Origin: Bdellovibrionales bacterium
GTDB lineage: Bacteria > Bdellovibrionota > UBA1018 > CAIMNF01
Length of the DNA stretch: 64,000 nt
Direction: 5' to 3'
Assembly: GCA_018266375.1 (NCBI GenBank)
Contig: JAFEAO010000005.1
Coordinates: forward strand, 66,619 to 130,618
The notes beneath the pieces were generated by a model. The model worked only from the letters and a program-made list of their open reading frames with translations, had not been told where the DNA came from and ran no database searches. A program made the translations under genes and the position numbers. Shown here piece by piece: positions 9,071-18,164 of the stretch (position 1 is its first letter; the number at the start of each line of letters is the position of its first letter).

Positions 9071-9988
9071 TTATCCCGATGATCCGGAGATGAGCTTCGC
9101 GGCTTCGTAAGGTGCGATCTCTTTTTTGAGAAGGCGATCGAGGACTTCGACGCCACCACTGGTGGCGAGGATGGCTTCGATCGAACGACGGAGATCTTCG
9201 GTAAGAATATCGATCATCTCTTCGCGCAAAAAGGCCTTAGCCTTCTCAGCGCGCTTACCGCTCTTGCTGAGATACTCCTGATGTTTTTCGACACTGGCGA
9301 TGAGTTCGGTCATTCCGACGTCGCGGACCGCTTCGGTTTTACAAACCGGGACCATCCAACTGTCGGCATCGTGCGGACTGAGCCCCACCATCTGAGTGAG
9401 TTCGCGCACAAGCTTGTCGGCCTCGGGCCGATCCGACTTGTTGACCGCGAATACGTCGGCGATTTCCATGAGGCCCGCTTTCATCACTTGAATCGAGTCG
9501 CCGCTCTCTGGAACGAGTAGCACCATCACGGTTTGCGCGAGTTTTAAAATATCAAGTTCGGTTTGACCCACGCCGGCAGTCTCGACCAAGATCACATCAA
9601 ATTGTGCGGCATCGAGTGCAAGCACGACTTCCTTAGTGGAATGCGAAAGGCCGCCATGGCGGCCGCGCGTGCCTAAACTGCGGATGAAAACTCCGTTGTC
9701 GCCGGTATGCTGCTGCATCCGGATCCGATCGCCCAAGATCGCGCCGCCGGAGAACGGGCTCGAAGGATCGACCGCAACGACGGCCACCTTTTTACCTTTG
9801 GCGCGAAGGTGCACGATGATGCGATCCACGCAAGTGGATTTGCCGGCGCCCGGAGGGCCAGTGATCCCCCACACTTGAGCTTTGCCGGTATGAGGATACA
9901 AAAGTTCAATGAGCGTGCGAGTTTCGTGATTGCGGTGTTCAATACGAGAAATGAGACGCGCGAGCGACGCCAGGTCGCCTGCGCGCAT
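9071..9988 (-). CDS. meaB: MeaB/ArgK-family GTPase (methylmalonyl-CoA mutase-associated / LAO-AO transport system kinase-like)
   Basis: Start set at the internal Met (MRAGDLASLARLISRIEHRNHETRT..., 305 aa), 4 nt after the upstream helicase stop. The ORF-track 5' extension runs into the helicase gene and is rejected. Walker A GITGPPGAGKST and an NKxD-like VNKSD motif match the G3E P-loop GTPase family. Confidence 0.82.
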   Translation of the reverse strand: MRAGDLASLARLISRIEHRNHETRTLIELLYPHTGKAQVWGITGPPGAGKSTCVDRIIVHLRAKGKKVAVVAVDPSSPFSGGAILGDRIRMQQHTGDNGVFIRSLGTRGRHGGLSHSTKEVVLALDAAQFDVILVETAGVGQTELDILKLAQTVMVLLVPESGDSIQVMKAGLMEIADVFAVNKSDRPEADKLVRELTQMVGLSPHDADSWMVPVCKTEAVRDVGMTELIASVEKHQEYLSKSGKRAEKAKAFLREEMIDILTEDLRRSIEAILATSGGVEVLDRLLKKEIAPYEAAKLISGSSG

Positions 9989-9992
9989 TTTC

Positions 9993-11153
9993 TTAATCAG
10001 TTCTTTGGGATCGCTTGGGATACTCACTCTCTTCAATTTTGGCAGAATCCGTATCTTCACGGAAGTCCTTTTCCAGGGATTCTTTGGGTGACTCGCCGGA
10101 TTGATACCACATTTGCAGCCGCAAAAGTTCGGAGAAGGCCCGTGGACGAGGTCGCGCTTGCCGCTTGAGGCGCACAAAATCGTGATCGTTCCAAAGAAGG
10201 AAGACTTGGGCCGGCTCACCCGATCGCCCCACCCGCCCCAGCCCTTGAGCCAGCTGCAAAATCGAATAGGGGGGATCAAAGATAATCGCATACTTGAGCT
10301 TCGGATAATCCATTCCCATGCCGAACGCGGTAGTAGCGATCACCGTAAATGATTCACCACACGCGTGTGCGATCTCGATTTTAGATTCAAGCGTCGAGCG
10401 CTCCTCGGCCGACATACCAGCGTGATAGACCCAAAGTCTGCGATCGGGTCTGCGAAGATAAAGCTCGAGACGCTCGGCAAGCGAACGCGTACCCACATAA
10501 ATGATCCCGGACGTCTGCGAGTGGTGATGCAGCCACAGATCCGTCCACTCGAGTTTGCCGGCGCCGGATTTTTCGATTTTTTGGAGTTCGATGTTGAGAG
10601 GAATTTGAAACTTACCAAGTACGCTGCACGAACCAGTCACCTCTTGAATGGCTCGAACCATATCGGGCCTAAGCGTGGCCGAGCACCAAAACGATTTCTT
10701 GATTTTATGACGATGAAATAAGTTTTGAATCGCTCCAAACGCCGGGCGAAAGTCGTCGCCCCAATCAAAAACACAGTGAGCTTCATCGAAAATAAAAAAA
10801 TTGGGCCGCCAGTGCTCGAAGAGACGCTCTTCCTGCTTAAGCAACCTCTCCGGACTAACAACCCAAACTCCGGAATCTTGATCCGGAAATGCGACCTGTT
10901 TGGCGGGACCGATTCCGCACCAAACCCGGATCCCCAAGTCTTGAAAGCGTGCAACTTGCTGACGACCGAGAGCGACAAGCGGGGTCACAAGTACAGCACG
11001 AACGTCGCTTGAGCGATCGTGAATAAAACGCTGGAAAATAAGACTTTTACCCGCACCAGTCGGTGCAATAAGAAGTGTGTGGCGTGAGGACTCAAGGGAG
11101 TTCAGCGCTTCGGATTGAAAGGTTTTAAGGATCGGCCAGCTTCGAGGATGCAT
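9993..11153 (-). CDS. RecQ-family (superfamily 2) ATP-dependent DNA helicase, short form
   Basis: 386 aa with helicase motifs: Walker A APTGAGKS, DEAH box FDEAHCV, motif III SATL, motif V-VI TTAFGMGMDYP...QGLGRVGRSG. Confidence 0.82.
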   Translation of the reverse strand: MHPRSWPILKTFQSEALNSLESSRHTLLIAPTGAGKSLIFQRFIHDRSSDVRAVLVTPLVALGRQQVARFQDLGIRVWCGIGPAKQVAFPDQDSGVWVVSPERLLKQEERLFEHWRPNFFIFDEAHCVFDWGDDFRPAFGAIQNLFHRHKIKKSFWCSATLRPDMVRAIQEVTGSCSVLGKFQIPLNIELQKIEKSGAGKLEWTDLWLHHHSQTSGIIYVGTRSLAERLELYLRRPDRRLWVYHAGMSAEERSTLESKIEIAHACGESFTVIATTAFGMGMDYPKLKYAIIFDPPYSILQLAQGLGRVGRSGEPAQVFLLWNDHDFVRLKRQARPRPRAFSELLRLQMWYQSGESPKESLEKDFREDTDSAKIEESEYPKRSQRTD

Positions 11154-11186
11154 TCACGATTTCGAAGCAAAATTCGCACCAAGAAA

Positions 11187-12206
11187 TCACTGATTTGCTT
11201 GCTTTTGAAGTGCCGCTCCGGAGCGGAGTTTCTCGGTGTGGATCTTTAAGTAAGCAACACCGCCGACAAGACCGACCAACACTTGAAAGAACACAATCAA
11301 GCTAAATACTTCGGCACCTCGATCGGAGCCGACGAGTTTGAAGAGGGCAAGGAATGCCGCGTGCCCCGTTCCGACACCCGCCGGGAGAATCGGAATCGTG
11401 GTCGCGAGCATACCAATCGGGACAATTACCGCGAGCGCAAGTAGCGGGATCGGCGCCGGCGAAATGGATTCGGAAATCAAAAACGCGATCATAATGAGGA
11501 GCACATGAATCGAAATCGAAAGAGCAATAGCCTTCAAGACGCGTTTCGGATTGGCGCGATAACTCATCACGCCCTGATAAAGACGGTCCACGGCTCCCAG
11601 TTTTTCGTTTCGACGAGTAAAAAACTGAAGCAGCTTGAAGAGCGGATCCGTCTTATGGGACATAAACAAGTACACAAAGAAAAGCAAAACGCCAAGGCCG
11701 AGGACGCCGATCGCGTAAAGCAAAACGGGAGGCAGCGAGCCGCCCCAAGGTAGAACGAGGCTCAGAAGCGCCGAAAATGCTCCGACAAAAATCATCGCGG
11801 AGACACCGAGCAATCGGTCAAAGACCATACTTCCGAAAACAGACGCGCGTTTATCCGGAAAATCCCGAGCAACATACATCGCTTTGACAAAGTCGCCACT
11901 CACCGCGCCCGGCAATGCGATGTTAAAAAAGCTACCAATGAGCGTAAGCCGGAGTACGCGTCCAAACGACAGAATCGCACCTTGCGTTTTCAAAAGCACT
12001 TGCCAACGTAGGGTGCCACACAAGGTGTTGATCGCCATAAAAAAAAGCGCGAACCCGAAATAAAACGGAGAAGACAACAGACGTTGAAAACTTTCGACGG
12101 TGACAAGGCCCTTGTGATAAAGCCACCAGAACACCGCTCCAACAAGCGAGAATTTGAGGAAGAGTTTAATCCGTTCTTTGACTGGCAATCCTGAAGAAGT
12201 TTCCAA
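11187..12206 (-). CDS. polytopic membrane protein of the lysylphosphatidylglycerol-synthase-TM/UPF0104 (flippase-like) family
   Basis: 339 aa with about 8 predicted TM helices. The family assignment is inferred from composition and topology only and has low certainty. It overlaps the upstream GATase gene by 41 nt. Confidence 0.6.
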   Translation of the reverse strand: METSSGLPVKERIKLFLKFSLVGAVFWWLYHKGLVTVESFQRLLSSPFYFGFALFFMAINTLCGTLRWQVLLKTQGAILSFGRVLRLTLIGSFFNIALPGAVSGDFVKAMYVARDFPDKRASVFGSMVFDRLLGVSAMIFVGAFSALLSLVLPWGGSLPPVLLYAIGVLGLGVLLFFVYLFMSHKTDPLFKLLQFFTRRNEKLGAVDRLYQGVMSYRANPKRVLKAIALSISIHVLLIMIAFLISESISPAPIPLLALAVIVPIGMLATTIPILPAGVGTGHAAFLALFKLVGSDRGAEVFSLIVFFQVLVGLVGGVAYLKIHTEKLRSGAALQKQANQ

Positions 12207-12903
12207 AAATGGCCTTTCCTACGTTCTCATCATACAGCTTCGAGCCCTTGCCTAGGTTGAGAATCCAGTCCTTACGCTCGCCCTTTTTGAGTTTGTTGGC
12301 AAGAGACTCTTCGGCTTCATCGATCGAGTATTCCGGATGGAACTGAATCCCGAAGATTGATTTGCCATGAACTTGAAACGCCTGCGTGTCGCAGAATTCG
12401 GTCTTTGCGAATACTTCAGCGCCCGGCGGAGTTTCGCCCACTTCTTCGTAGTGAGACTCGTAGGTCACGAAATTATTTGCGAGCCCTTCGAACAAAGGAT
12501 TGGATTGGGTGATTTGAATTTTCTGCCAACCGAGCTCCGGATGATCCGCGCGACGAAGCGGCGCCGCCTTGCCCGCCATCTGAAACAAACATCGAGCAAT
12601 CGCTTGGTGTCCGTAACAGATCCCGAGCATCGGCGTGCCCAAAGTCAAGTGGCGGGTAATGAATTGATCCAAGGGTTGAATCCAAGACTCGTTCGCTTCC
12701 ATGCAGGATGTGATGGAACCGGAGAGAATAATCGCGTCAACGCGAATGTCTTGTGGAGGAATATCCTCATCCGGCGGGCGGCGGACTAAAACCTCCGAAC
12801 CCTGCGGCGCCATTTTCAGCGTCCAGTGGACGATATTTTTGCTCCCAAAGCACGAAGCCTCGCGGGTGTTATCGAGAATGAGGATCTTGAGAGGACGACT
12901 CAT
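12166..12903 (-). CDS. class I glutamine amidotransferase-like protein
   Basis: 245 aa. The nucleophile elbow GICYGHQ and downstream FHPE, the catalytic Cys-His-Glu context, are typical of GATase1 / GuaA-like domains. Confidence 0.75.
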   Translation of the reverse strand: MSRPLKILILDNTREASCFGSKNIVHWTLKMAPQGSEVLVRRPPDEDIPPQDIRVDAIILSGSITSCMEANESWIQPLDQFITRHLTLGTPMLGICYGHQAIARCLFQMAGKAAPLRRADHPELGWQKIQITQSNPLFEGLANNFVTYESHYEEVGETPPGAEVFAKTEFCDTQAFQVHGKSIFGIQFHPEYSIDEAEESLANKLKKGERKDWILNLGKGSKLYDENVGKAIFGNFFRIASQRTD

Positions 12904-13645
12904 AAAGGTAACTATAACTCAAAAACATCGCGTATGCAGAATGAATCGCGATGATGAAGCCCGGCAAGCCATCCATGAATCCGGCGCGGAGGAAATACAT
13001 GTCAAAAAACTTCCAGAAGGGCTTCAGAATCAACTTCTGGAGTTTAAAATGGATGTGATTCCTTATCGCCTTGCGCCGCTGATACTCGGCATACTCGATG
13101 TTTTTCAAGATATGGGAGCGCTGGCGCGGAAAACTGAAGTGCTCGATCGGGTGCTTAAGGCAAAGTATCTCGCCCTTCACGATCCACGATTCGTGGATTT
13201 CAGGCTCGTCCCATCGGGCTCTTTTACGGTTTGCCAGGCGGACCTGGTAATTCGGGTACCAACCCCCATGATAAATCCAGCGATTAAGATACAAGGTTTT
13301 GCGCGGGAGGCGGAACCCGTCAAACCGGTTCTGCAACCCTTGTTTAAAGATGCCGACAATCTCACCGGCGAGGTCGGGAGTAATTTTTTCGTCGGCGTCG
13401 AGACTTAAAACCCAATCGTAAGAGGCCTGATCTTGCGCGAAGTTCTTCTGTGCGCCGTAACCCAAGAACTTTTGAGTAATGACTTTTGCGCCGCTTGCGC
13501 GGGCAATATCGGACGTTTTGTCGGTGCTCTCGCTATCGATCACGATGATTTCGGACGCAAACGACTTTACGCTCTCGATGGCGCCGGCGATCCGATGCTC
13601 TTCGTTGCGGGTAATGATCGTCACGGTGAGCGGCAGCCGGATCAT
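12869..13645 (-). CDS. family 2 glycosyltransferase (GT-A, LPS-core type)
   Basis: 258 aa. N-terminal VTIITRNEE...DSESTD...SLDADE are the GT2 DxD/DAD motifs. It resembles KdtX/WaaE-like core glycosyltransferases. Confidence 0.8.
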   Translation of the reverse strand: MIRLPLTVTIITRNEEHRIAGAIESVKSFASEIIVIDSESTDKTSDIARASGAKVITQKFLGYGAQKNFAQDQASYDWVLSLDADEKITPDLAGEIVGIFKQGLQNRFDGFRLPRKTLYLNRWIYHGGWYPNYQVRLANRKRARWDEPEIHESWIVKGEILCLKHPIEHFSFPRQRSHILKNIEYAEYQRRKAIRNHIHFKLQKLILKPFWKFFDMYFLRAGFMDGLPGFIIAIHSAYAMFLSYSYLYESSSQDPHSR

Positions 13646-14577
13646 TCTTTTAACCGCCGATAATTTTTAAATTCAAAAAGACGATGACCGGTAAGCACTT
13701 CGAAGAAATCGAGAAGGATTTTTCTGAAATCCCCAAGCGTCATTACGAAACGCGAGCGGTTCAAATCCCAGTTCCAATCGCGCTTTAAAATCCGCTCGCG
13801 CATGATTCGCGGGTGAGTTTCGCCAGGATAGGCGCGGTTGAACTTCCACAACCCCCAAAAACGTTTGTACTGATAATTGGTGCCGGAATGAGGAAACTTC
13901 TCCTCTTCATTTTGCTCACCATGATAGAGCTGGTCCATGAACACGGTTTTTTCGAACATCGTTTCCGGAGAACGAACCCAACCATAGTGAAAAATCCGTG
14001 CATCAGTGAGAAGCGCATCGAGCTTCATCCCATCCGGTCCGAGAAAGCTTTGAGCATCGCCCACACTGCGAACGCCGCTTGATTTTTTGACCATGCGGAT
14101 TTCGCGGCGATACGCCGAGCGGGTTTTCTGCACCACTTGAAAAGATCCGTAAAAATGCCGGTATTCGAAGACCACAGCTTCGGCGCCAGGATCGCGGAGG
14201 ACATCTTTTTTAACAGCCTGAATTTTAGGGTAATCCTCTTCGTGCAGCACTTCATCGGCCTGAAGGTAAATACACCAATCGTATTGGCAACGATCGAGCG
14301 CAAGATTGGTCTGCTCTGAAAGAATAAGACCCGACTTGCGTTTTTCAGGATCATTGAGCGGCCACTCGGATTCGAACACGAGCACTTTCCCCTGGCCGGC
14401 GTCCCGGGCGAATTTTTGAACTTGCCCAAGCGTATCGTCGTCACCGTAACCGACGTTGACAACAAGCTCGTCCACCAAAGGCAAAAGCGATTTCATCGAC
14501 TCGATGAACGGATAATCGAACTTTACGCCGTTTCGAACGAGGGTGAACCCCGAGATCTTTTCACTTTGATTTGCCAT
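13642..14577 (-). CDS. putative GT-A fold glycosyltransferase / hypothetical
   Basis: 311 aa. N-terminal FTLVRNGVKFDYPFIESMKSL...VGYGDDDT resembles the GT2-like nucleotide-binding region. Overlaps both neighbouring genes by 4 and 17 nt, suggesting an operon. Confidence 0.55.
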   Translation of the reverse strand: MANQSEKISGFTLVRNGVKFDYPFIESMKSLLPLVDELVVNVGYGDDDTLGQVQKFARDAGQGKVLVFESEWPLNDPEKRKSGLILSEQTNLALDRCQYDWCIYLQADEVLHEEDYPKIQAVKKDVLRDPGAEAVVFEYRHFYGSFQVVQKTRSAYRREIRMVKKSSGVRSVGDAQSFLGPDGMKLDALLTDARIFHYGWVRSPETMFEKTVFMDQLYHGEQNEEEKFPHSGTNYQYKRFWGLWKFNRAYPGETHPRIMRERILKRDWNWDLNRSRFVMTLGDFRKILLDFFEVLTGHRLFEFKNYRRLKE

Positions 14578-15664
14578 AATCCGAACTGCAGTAATCTTTA
14601 TAAACGCGGGCGATCTGCTCGAAGACCTGGTCGGTCGTGATTTTAGTCATGCATTGATGCGCTTCGATCACGCAATCCTGCAACCCACACCAAGGCGGCG
14701 AACCGGGCTCGGTGTTCGAGCGGCAATGCAGTGGTTCCATAAACAGACGAGGATGACGATCCTGTGGATACGGATGCCACTCGAGCGGGTGCTCGGGCCC
14801 GAAGATAGTGACGGTCGGAATGCCGAGTGCCGCGGCTAAGTGTCTCGGACCTGAATCATTGCCCACCAAAACATTGAGCTGAGAAATCCGAGACGCGAGC
14901 GAGCGGATGTTCCCCACCGGCATCACTTGAATGGCTTTACGCATCTCCGCGTTGTCGGGAATGGATCTGAAAAATTCTTGGTGTAGGCTTTCTTCGCCCG
15001 GACCGCTAATCACAAGCACACTGCCGTGAGTTTGAACCCAACGTTGCGCGATCTCGGCAAAACGGTGAAGAGGCCAAATCTTTGTGGGACGAGAAGCACC
15101 GAGCGCGATGCCCAAGATCGGCTCTTTCAGGCCCCAGGCTTGAAACTCTTCTTTGGCGAATTGATTTTCTTCGGGCTTCAGGAAAATTTCAGGCATGATG
15201 CCTTCAGATACTTTGATACCGACGGCTCGAACCGTATCGAGGTCGCGCTCGACCACGGGCTTCACCACACCCTTGCCTGGGATCTGAACAGTCGAGTACA
15301 TGTCCTTGGCTTTGAAACTATGAAAGTGAATCGAGCGGATTTTTGCGCCGGTCGAAAGCGCCACCATCGCGGCCGCGGGCGATGAGTGAAACCCGAAAAC
15401 CATATCGTACTTTTCTTTGCGCAAATTGAACGCGAGACGGGTCGCAGCTTTAGTACGCGCCGCCCGATCGGCATGCCAAGTCACCGGCCAGAGCTTAGTT
15501 AGGCCCGGGAATCCGTCGAGCAACCAAATCCAAGGCTCCGTCACCGCTGCGTGAATAATCGCGTTCGGCCATTCTTGGTGAATCGCCTTCAACGCCGCAG
15601 TGAGAAGGATGGTGTCCCCCATCGCCCGGAATTTGGTGACGAGAATGCGTTTTGGATTGAGCAT
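14561..15664 (-). CDS. ADP-heptose:LPS heptosyltransferase (GT9 family)
   Basis: Start chosen at MLNPKRILVTKFRAMGDTIL...; the GT9 N-terminal KRILVIR...GD motif begins here. Also present: GASRPTKIWP and the C-terminal VGNDSGPRHLAAALGIPTVTIFG nucleotide-sugar binding motif. The ORF-track start (15709) would overlap the divergent GST gene. Confidence 0.8.
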   Translation of the reverse strand: MLNPKRILVTKFRAMGDTILLTAALKAIHQEWPNAIIHAAVTEPWIWLLDGFPGLTKLWPVTWHADRAARTKAATRLAFNLRKEKYDMVFGFHSSPAAAMVALSTGAKIRSIHFHSFKAKDMYSTVQIPGKGVVKPVVERDLDTVRAVGIKVSEGIMPEIFLKPEENQFAKEEFQAWGLKEPILGIALGASRPTKIWPLHRFAEIAQRWVQTHGSVLVISGPGEESLHQEFFRSIPDNAEMRKAIQVMPVGNIRSLASRISQLNVLVGNDSGPRHLAAALGIPTVTIFGPEHPLEWHPYPQDRHPRLFMEPLHCRSNTEPGSPPWCGLQDCVIEAHQCMTKITTDQVFEQIARVYKDYCSSDYGKSK

Positions 15665-15692
15665 GATCCCACTCATGTTAGCATAGCTTCGC

Positions 15693-16328
15693 ATGGCAAA
15701 TTCGAACAAATTCGCACTTTATATGAGCTTGAGGTCCCCCTTTGCACGCCGCGTTCGGCTGGCGCTGACTCATGCGGGCATCGATTACGAAGAGAAGATC
15801 GAGGATGTGTTCAATCCGACCGCGGAATTTATTGCGGCAAACCCCTTGGGACTCGTCCCGACCTTGGTCGGCCCGGACGGTCTCGTGGTTTCGGATTCGG
15901 CGATGATTTTGGAATGGATCCAAGCCCGGACCGGGACAGTGTTCCCTCGCGGTGGATTGGAATGGCCGGTTCGCCAGGCCAGTGTGCTTTGTGGAGGTGT
16001 GATCACCTCGGTCGTTCTGTATTTTCAAGAGGAGCACATGCACGCAAACCCATCGACTTATTGGATGGGCGAACACATGAGCGCACTTACAGCGGCACTG
16101 CGCGAGATCGAAACGCTCAATCGCGATCTATTGATTAACTCCGGTGAAGCCGGACCGCGCGCACTCACCCAGGCGGGCTGGGATCTAGCGACCGCACTTG
16201 AATACATGTCGCTGCGCTTGCCTCGTTACCGTTGGTCGACATTGCATCCAAACTTCAATGCCGTGATGTCGATTGCTCGCGCAGATGCGAAGTTTGCAGC
16301 GACCGTTCCGCCGGCGCTTCCGGCGTGA
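15693..16328 (+). CDS. glutathione S-transferase family protein
   Basis: 211 aa. The N-terminal thioredoxin-like segment KFALYMSLRSPFARRVRLAL...LVPTL matches the GST G-site (SPF / VP motifs). Helical C-terminal domain. Confidence 0.7.
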   Translation: MANSNKFALYMSLRSPFARRVRLALTHAGIDYEEKIEDVFNPTAEFIAANPLGLVPTLVGPDGLVVSDSAMILEWIQARTGTVFPRGGLEWPVRQASVLCGGVITSVVLYFQEEHMHANPSTYWMGEHMSALTAALREIETLNRDLLINSGEAGPRALTQAGWDLATALEYMSLRLPRYRWSTLHPNFNAVMSIARADAKFAATVPPALPA

Positions 16329-16402
16329 CTTTTATTTCGGGATTTTAAACGGAGAACCCGACCGATGTGTGGGCGGTTTGCCGTGGTCATTTCAACAGTC
16401 GA

Positions 16403-17095
16403 TTAGTAAGGGCAAGCCATTGCCGCGCCACCGGTATTGGTGCAACGTTCAGCTTCGACGGCTGCACCTGTTGATTGTCCGTAAGAGTACGGGTAGCCCG
16501 CCCCATAGCCGCCACCAAGGCTGATTGCCATTCCCAAAACCTGGAACGGACGATCTCCCGACCAGCCACAGCTGATCGAGCTTGCGATCTGGGACGTGTC
16601 CACGACAACGGTCAAAGTGCCGGCCGCAGGAACGGTCACCGCTCCGCCATAGCCGCCACCGATATTCTGGCCGTTGAGGTTAATTGCGATATTGGTCAAT
16701 CGGCCGCTTTTATTGTCGTAAGTATTGATGAGCTTGCGATCACAATAAATACGAGCCGCCCACATCGCGTTTGAAAGGTTGATAAAGAGACGGTCGCCGG
16801 CGTTGACTTGGACCGACTGAGTGAACGGTGTTCCCGGAGTCAAGTTCGAGTAAGTTCCACCGACAAGCGCAGTGCGAACCTTGTAACCGATAAGTTGGTT
16901 ACCGCTGTAGAGCGGGGTTTGATAACTTCCGCCGCCGTAGGTTCCATAACCGCTTTGGCCGTAGTAGCCGGCACCGTACGGGTTAGTCGCGCCGTAGCCG
17001 TTCATGTATGCGGCCGGGTTTTGATTCGAGTTTCCGCAACCTGCGAGGAAAGAGACTGCAAGAGCCATCAACGAAAACAATTGAAACTTATTCAT
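16403..17095 (-). CDS. Gly/Tyr-rich lipoprotein, hypothetical
   Basis: Start set at MNKFQLFSLMALAVSFLAGCGNS (lipobox LAGC). The mature protein opens with GYGATNPYGAGYYGQSGYGTYGGGSYQTPLY and ends with GGGYGAGYPYSYGQ. Confidence 0.6.
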   Translation of the reverse strand: MNKFQLFSLMALAVSFLAGCGNSNQNPAAYMNGYGATNPYGAGYYGQSGYGTYGGGSYQTPLYSGNQLIGYKVRTALVGGTYSNLTPGTPFTQSVQVNAGDRLFINLSNAMWAARIYCDRKLINTYDNKSGRLTNIAINLNGQNIGGGYGGAVTVPAAGTLTVVVDTSQIASSISCGWSGDRPFQVLGMAISLGGGYGAGYPYSYGQSTGAAVEAERCTNTGGAAMACPY

Positions 17096-17462
17096 AGTAA
17101 AAATCCTTCGACTCTCATTAAGCAGTTTCCATGCCAACTCAAACTATTATTAAATATCATATATTGAATAATGGGTCCGTTTTAACACCACTTGCGCTCA
17201 ATTATTAAACATAAATATGTAAAAATTTCATAGAAATTGATTAAACCGAAAGTCTATTGCGACACATTCACAGGGAGGTCCTGGGGCGAGACAATAGTAT
17301 GGAGAAGTACGTAAATAGGGATAGTATGACACTAATTAAAGAGATTTTAGGTAAAGGCTCGGCCGTTAACGTCCTCTGGATGGGGGGCCTCGTGAGCGCG
17401 GCACTCTGCATTGCAAGTCTATTCACTTGATCGAGACCTAGGCATACCGTAGCATTTAATGC

Positions 17463-18113
17463 ATGACCGATCCCATGCAGATTCGCCTTGAACCCGTCAT
17501 TCGGGATTTCACGACCGGCGATTACTACGCCGAAGTTTTCAAAGCCAAGCAAGAGTTCTTCGAACGCGCCGGAACCGTCTATGAAGACGATGCCGAGTTC
17601 GAGCAACGCATGAATCTGTTCATGGATTGGTATCTCTTCGATCGCGATCTTCCGGGCGTCGATCTCCCGCCGATTCGCTACTATATCCGTCAACATCAAA
17701 CCGAGTTTAACGATGAAGACAAAGGTCTTTACCAAGATCTCGCGTCATCACTCCACTCGTTGTTTGTTTTGCACCGTTTTACCTGGTTCAAAAAAGATCT
17801 CATCATCGTCGATTTGTTCTCACGCAAAAAATACACCGTCGTTGATCCGCGTTTGAAGCATGCTTTTTCTAAGGGCGACGTGTTCGAAGGCCGCATTTTC
17901 CCGCATGGCGGAAAGTGGCACTTCGCTCAAGGCTTTTGCTTTCATCCGGTCGAGATGAAATCGTTTATCACCTCGGAAATCAAGAAGATCCGTTTCCAGG
18001 ACCGCTCTCGTCACATGAAGCTTATTTTGCAACTGGCGCAAATGAAGTTGAAGCACCATCGGTTCGCGCACATCGACGTAAAACACATCTACGAGTTCAA
18101 CTCTAAGTTTTAG
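17463..18113 (+). CDS. hypothetical protein
   Basis: 216-aa ORF with coding-like composition preceded by a 320-bp AT-rich promoter region. No motif recognised. Confidence 0.5.
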   Translation: MTDPMQIRLEPVIRDFTTGDYYAEVFKAKQEFFERAGTVYEDDAEFEQRMNLFMDWYLFDRDLPGVDLPPIRYYIRQHQTEFNDEDKGLYQDLASSLHSLFVLHRFTWFKKDLIIVDLFSRKKYTVVDPRLKHAFSKGDVFEGRIFPHGGKWHFAQGFCFHPVEMKSFITSEIKKIRFQDRSRHMKLILQLAQMKLKHHRFAHIDVKHIYEFNSKF

Positions 18114-18164
18114 CTCAAATAAGTATGAATATATTTTCGGCGCGGACTCACGAAGCCGTAGAAC

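Noticed and set aside
9988-10291. 5' extension of the MeaB ORF (406-aa version)
   Set aside because: It would overlap the 3' end of the RecQ-like helicase gene on the same strand by about 300 nt. Its sequence (MRLSLIPPIRFCSWLKGWGGWG...) is low-complexity and Trp/Cys-rich. The internal Met immediately after the helicase stop is the sensible start.
12367-12789. 140-aa plus-strand ORF antisense to the GATase gene
   Set aside because: The GATase on the minus strand has the catalytic-elbow motif, so the antisense ORF is a frame artefact.
17268-17735. 155-aa minus-strand ORF overlapping the start of the 17463..18113 gene
   Set aside because: It spans the AT-rich promoter region and the 5' end of a better plus-strand ORF. 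It has no RBS or recognisable features and is likely spurious.
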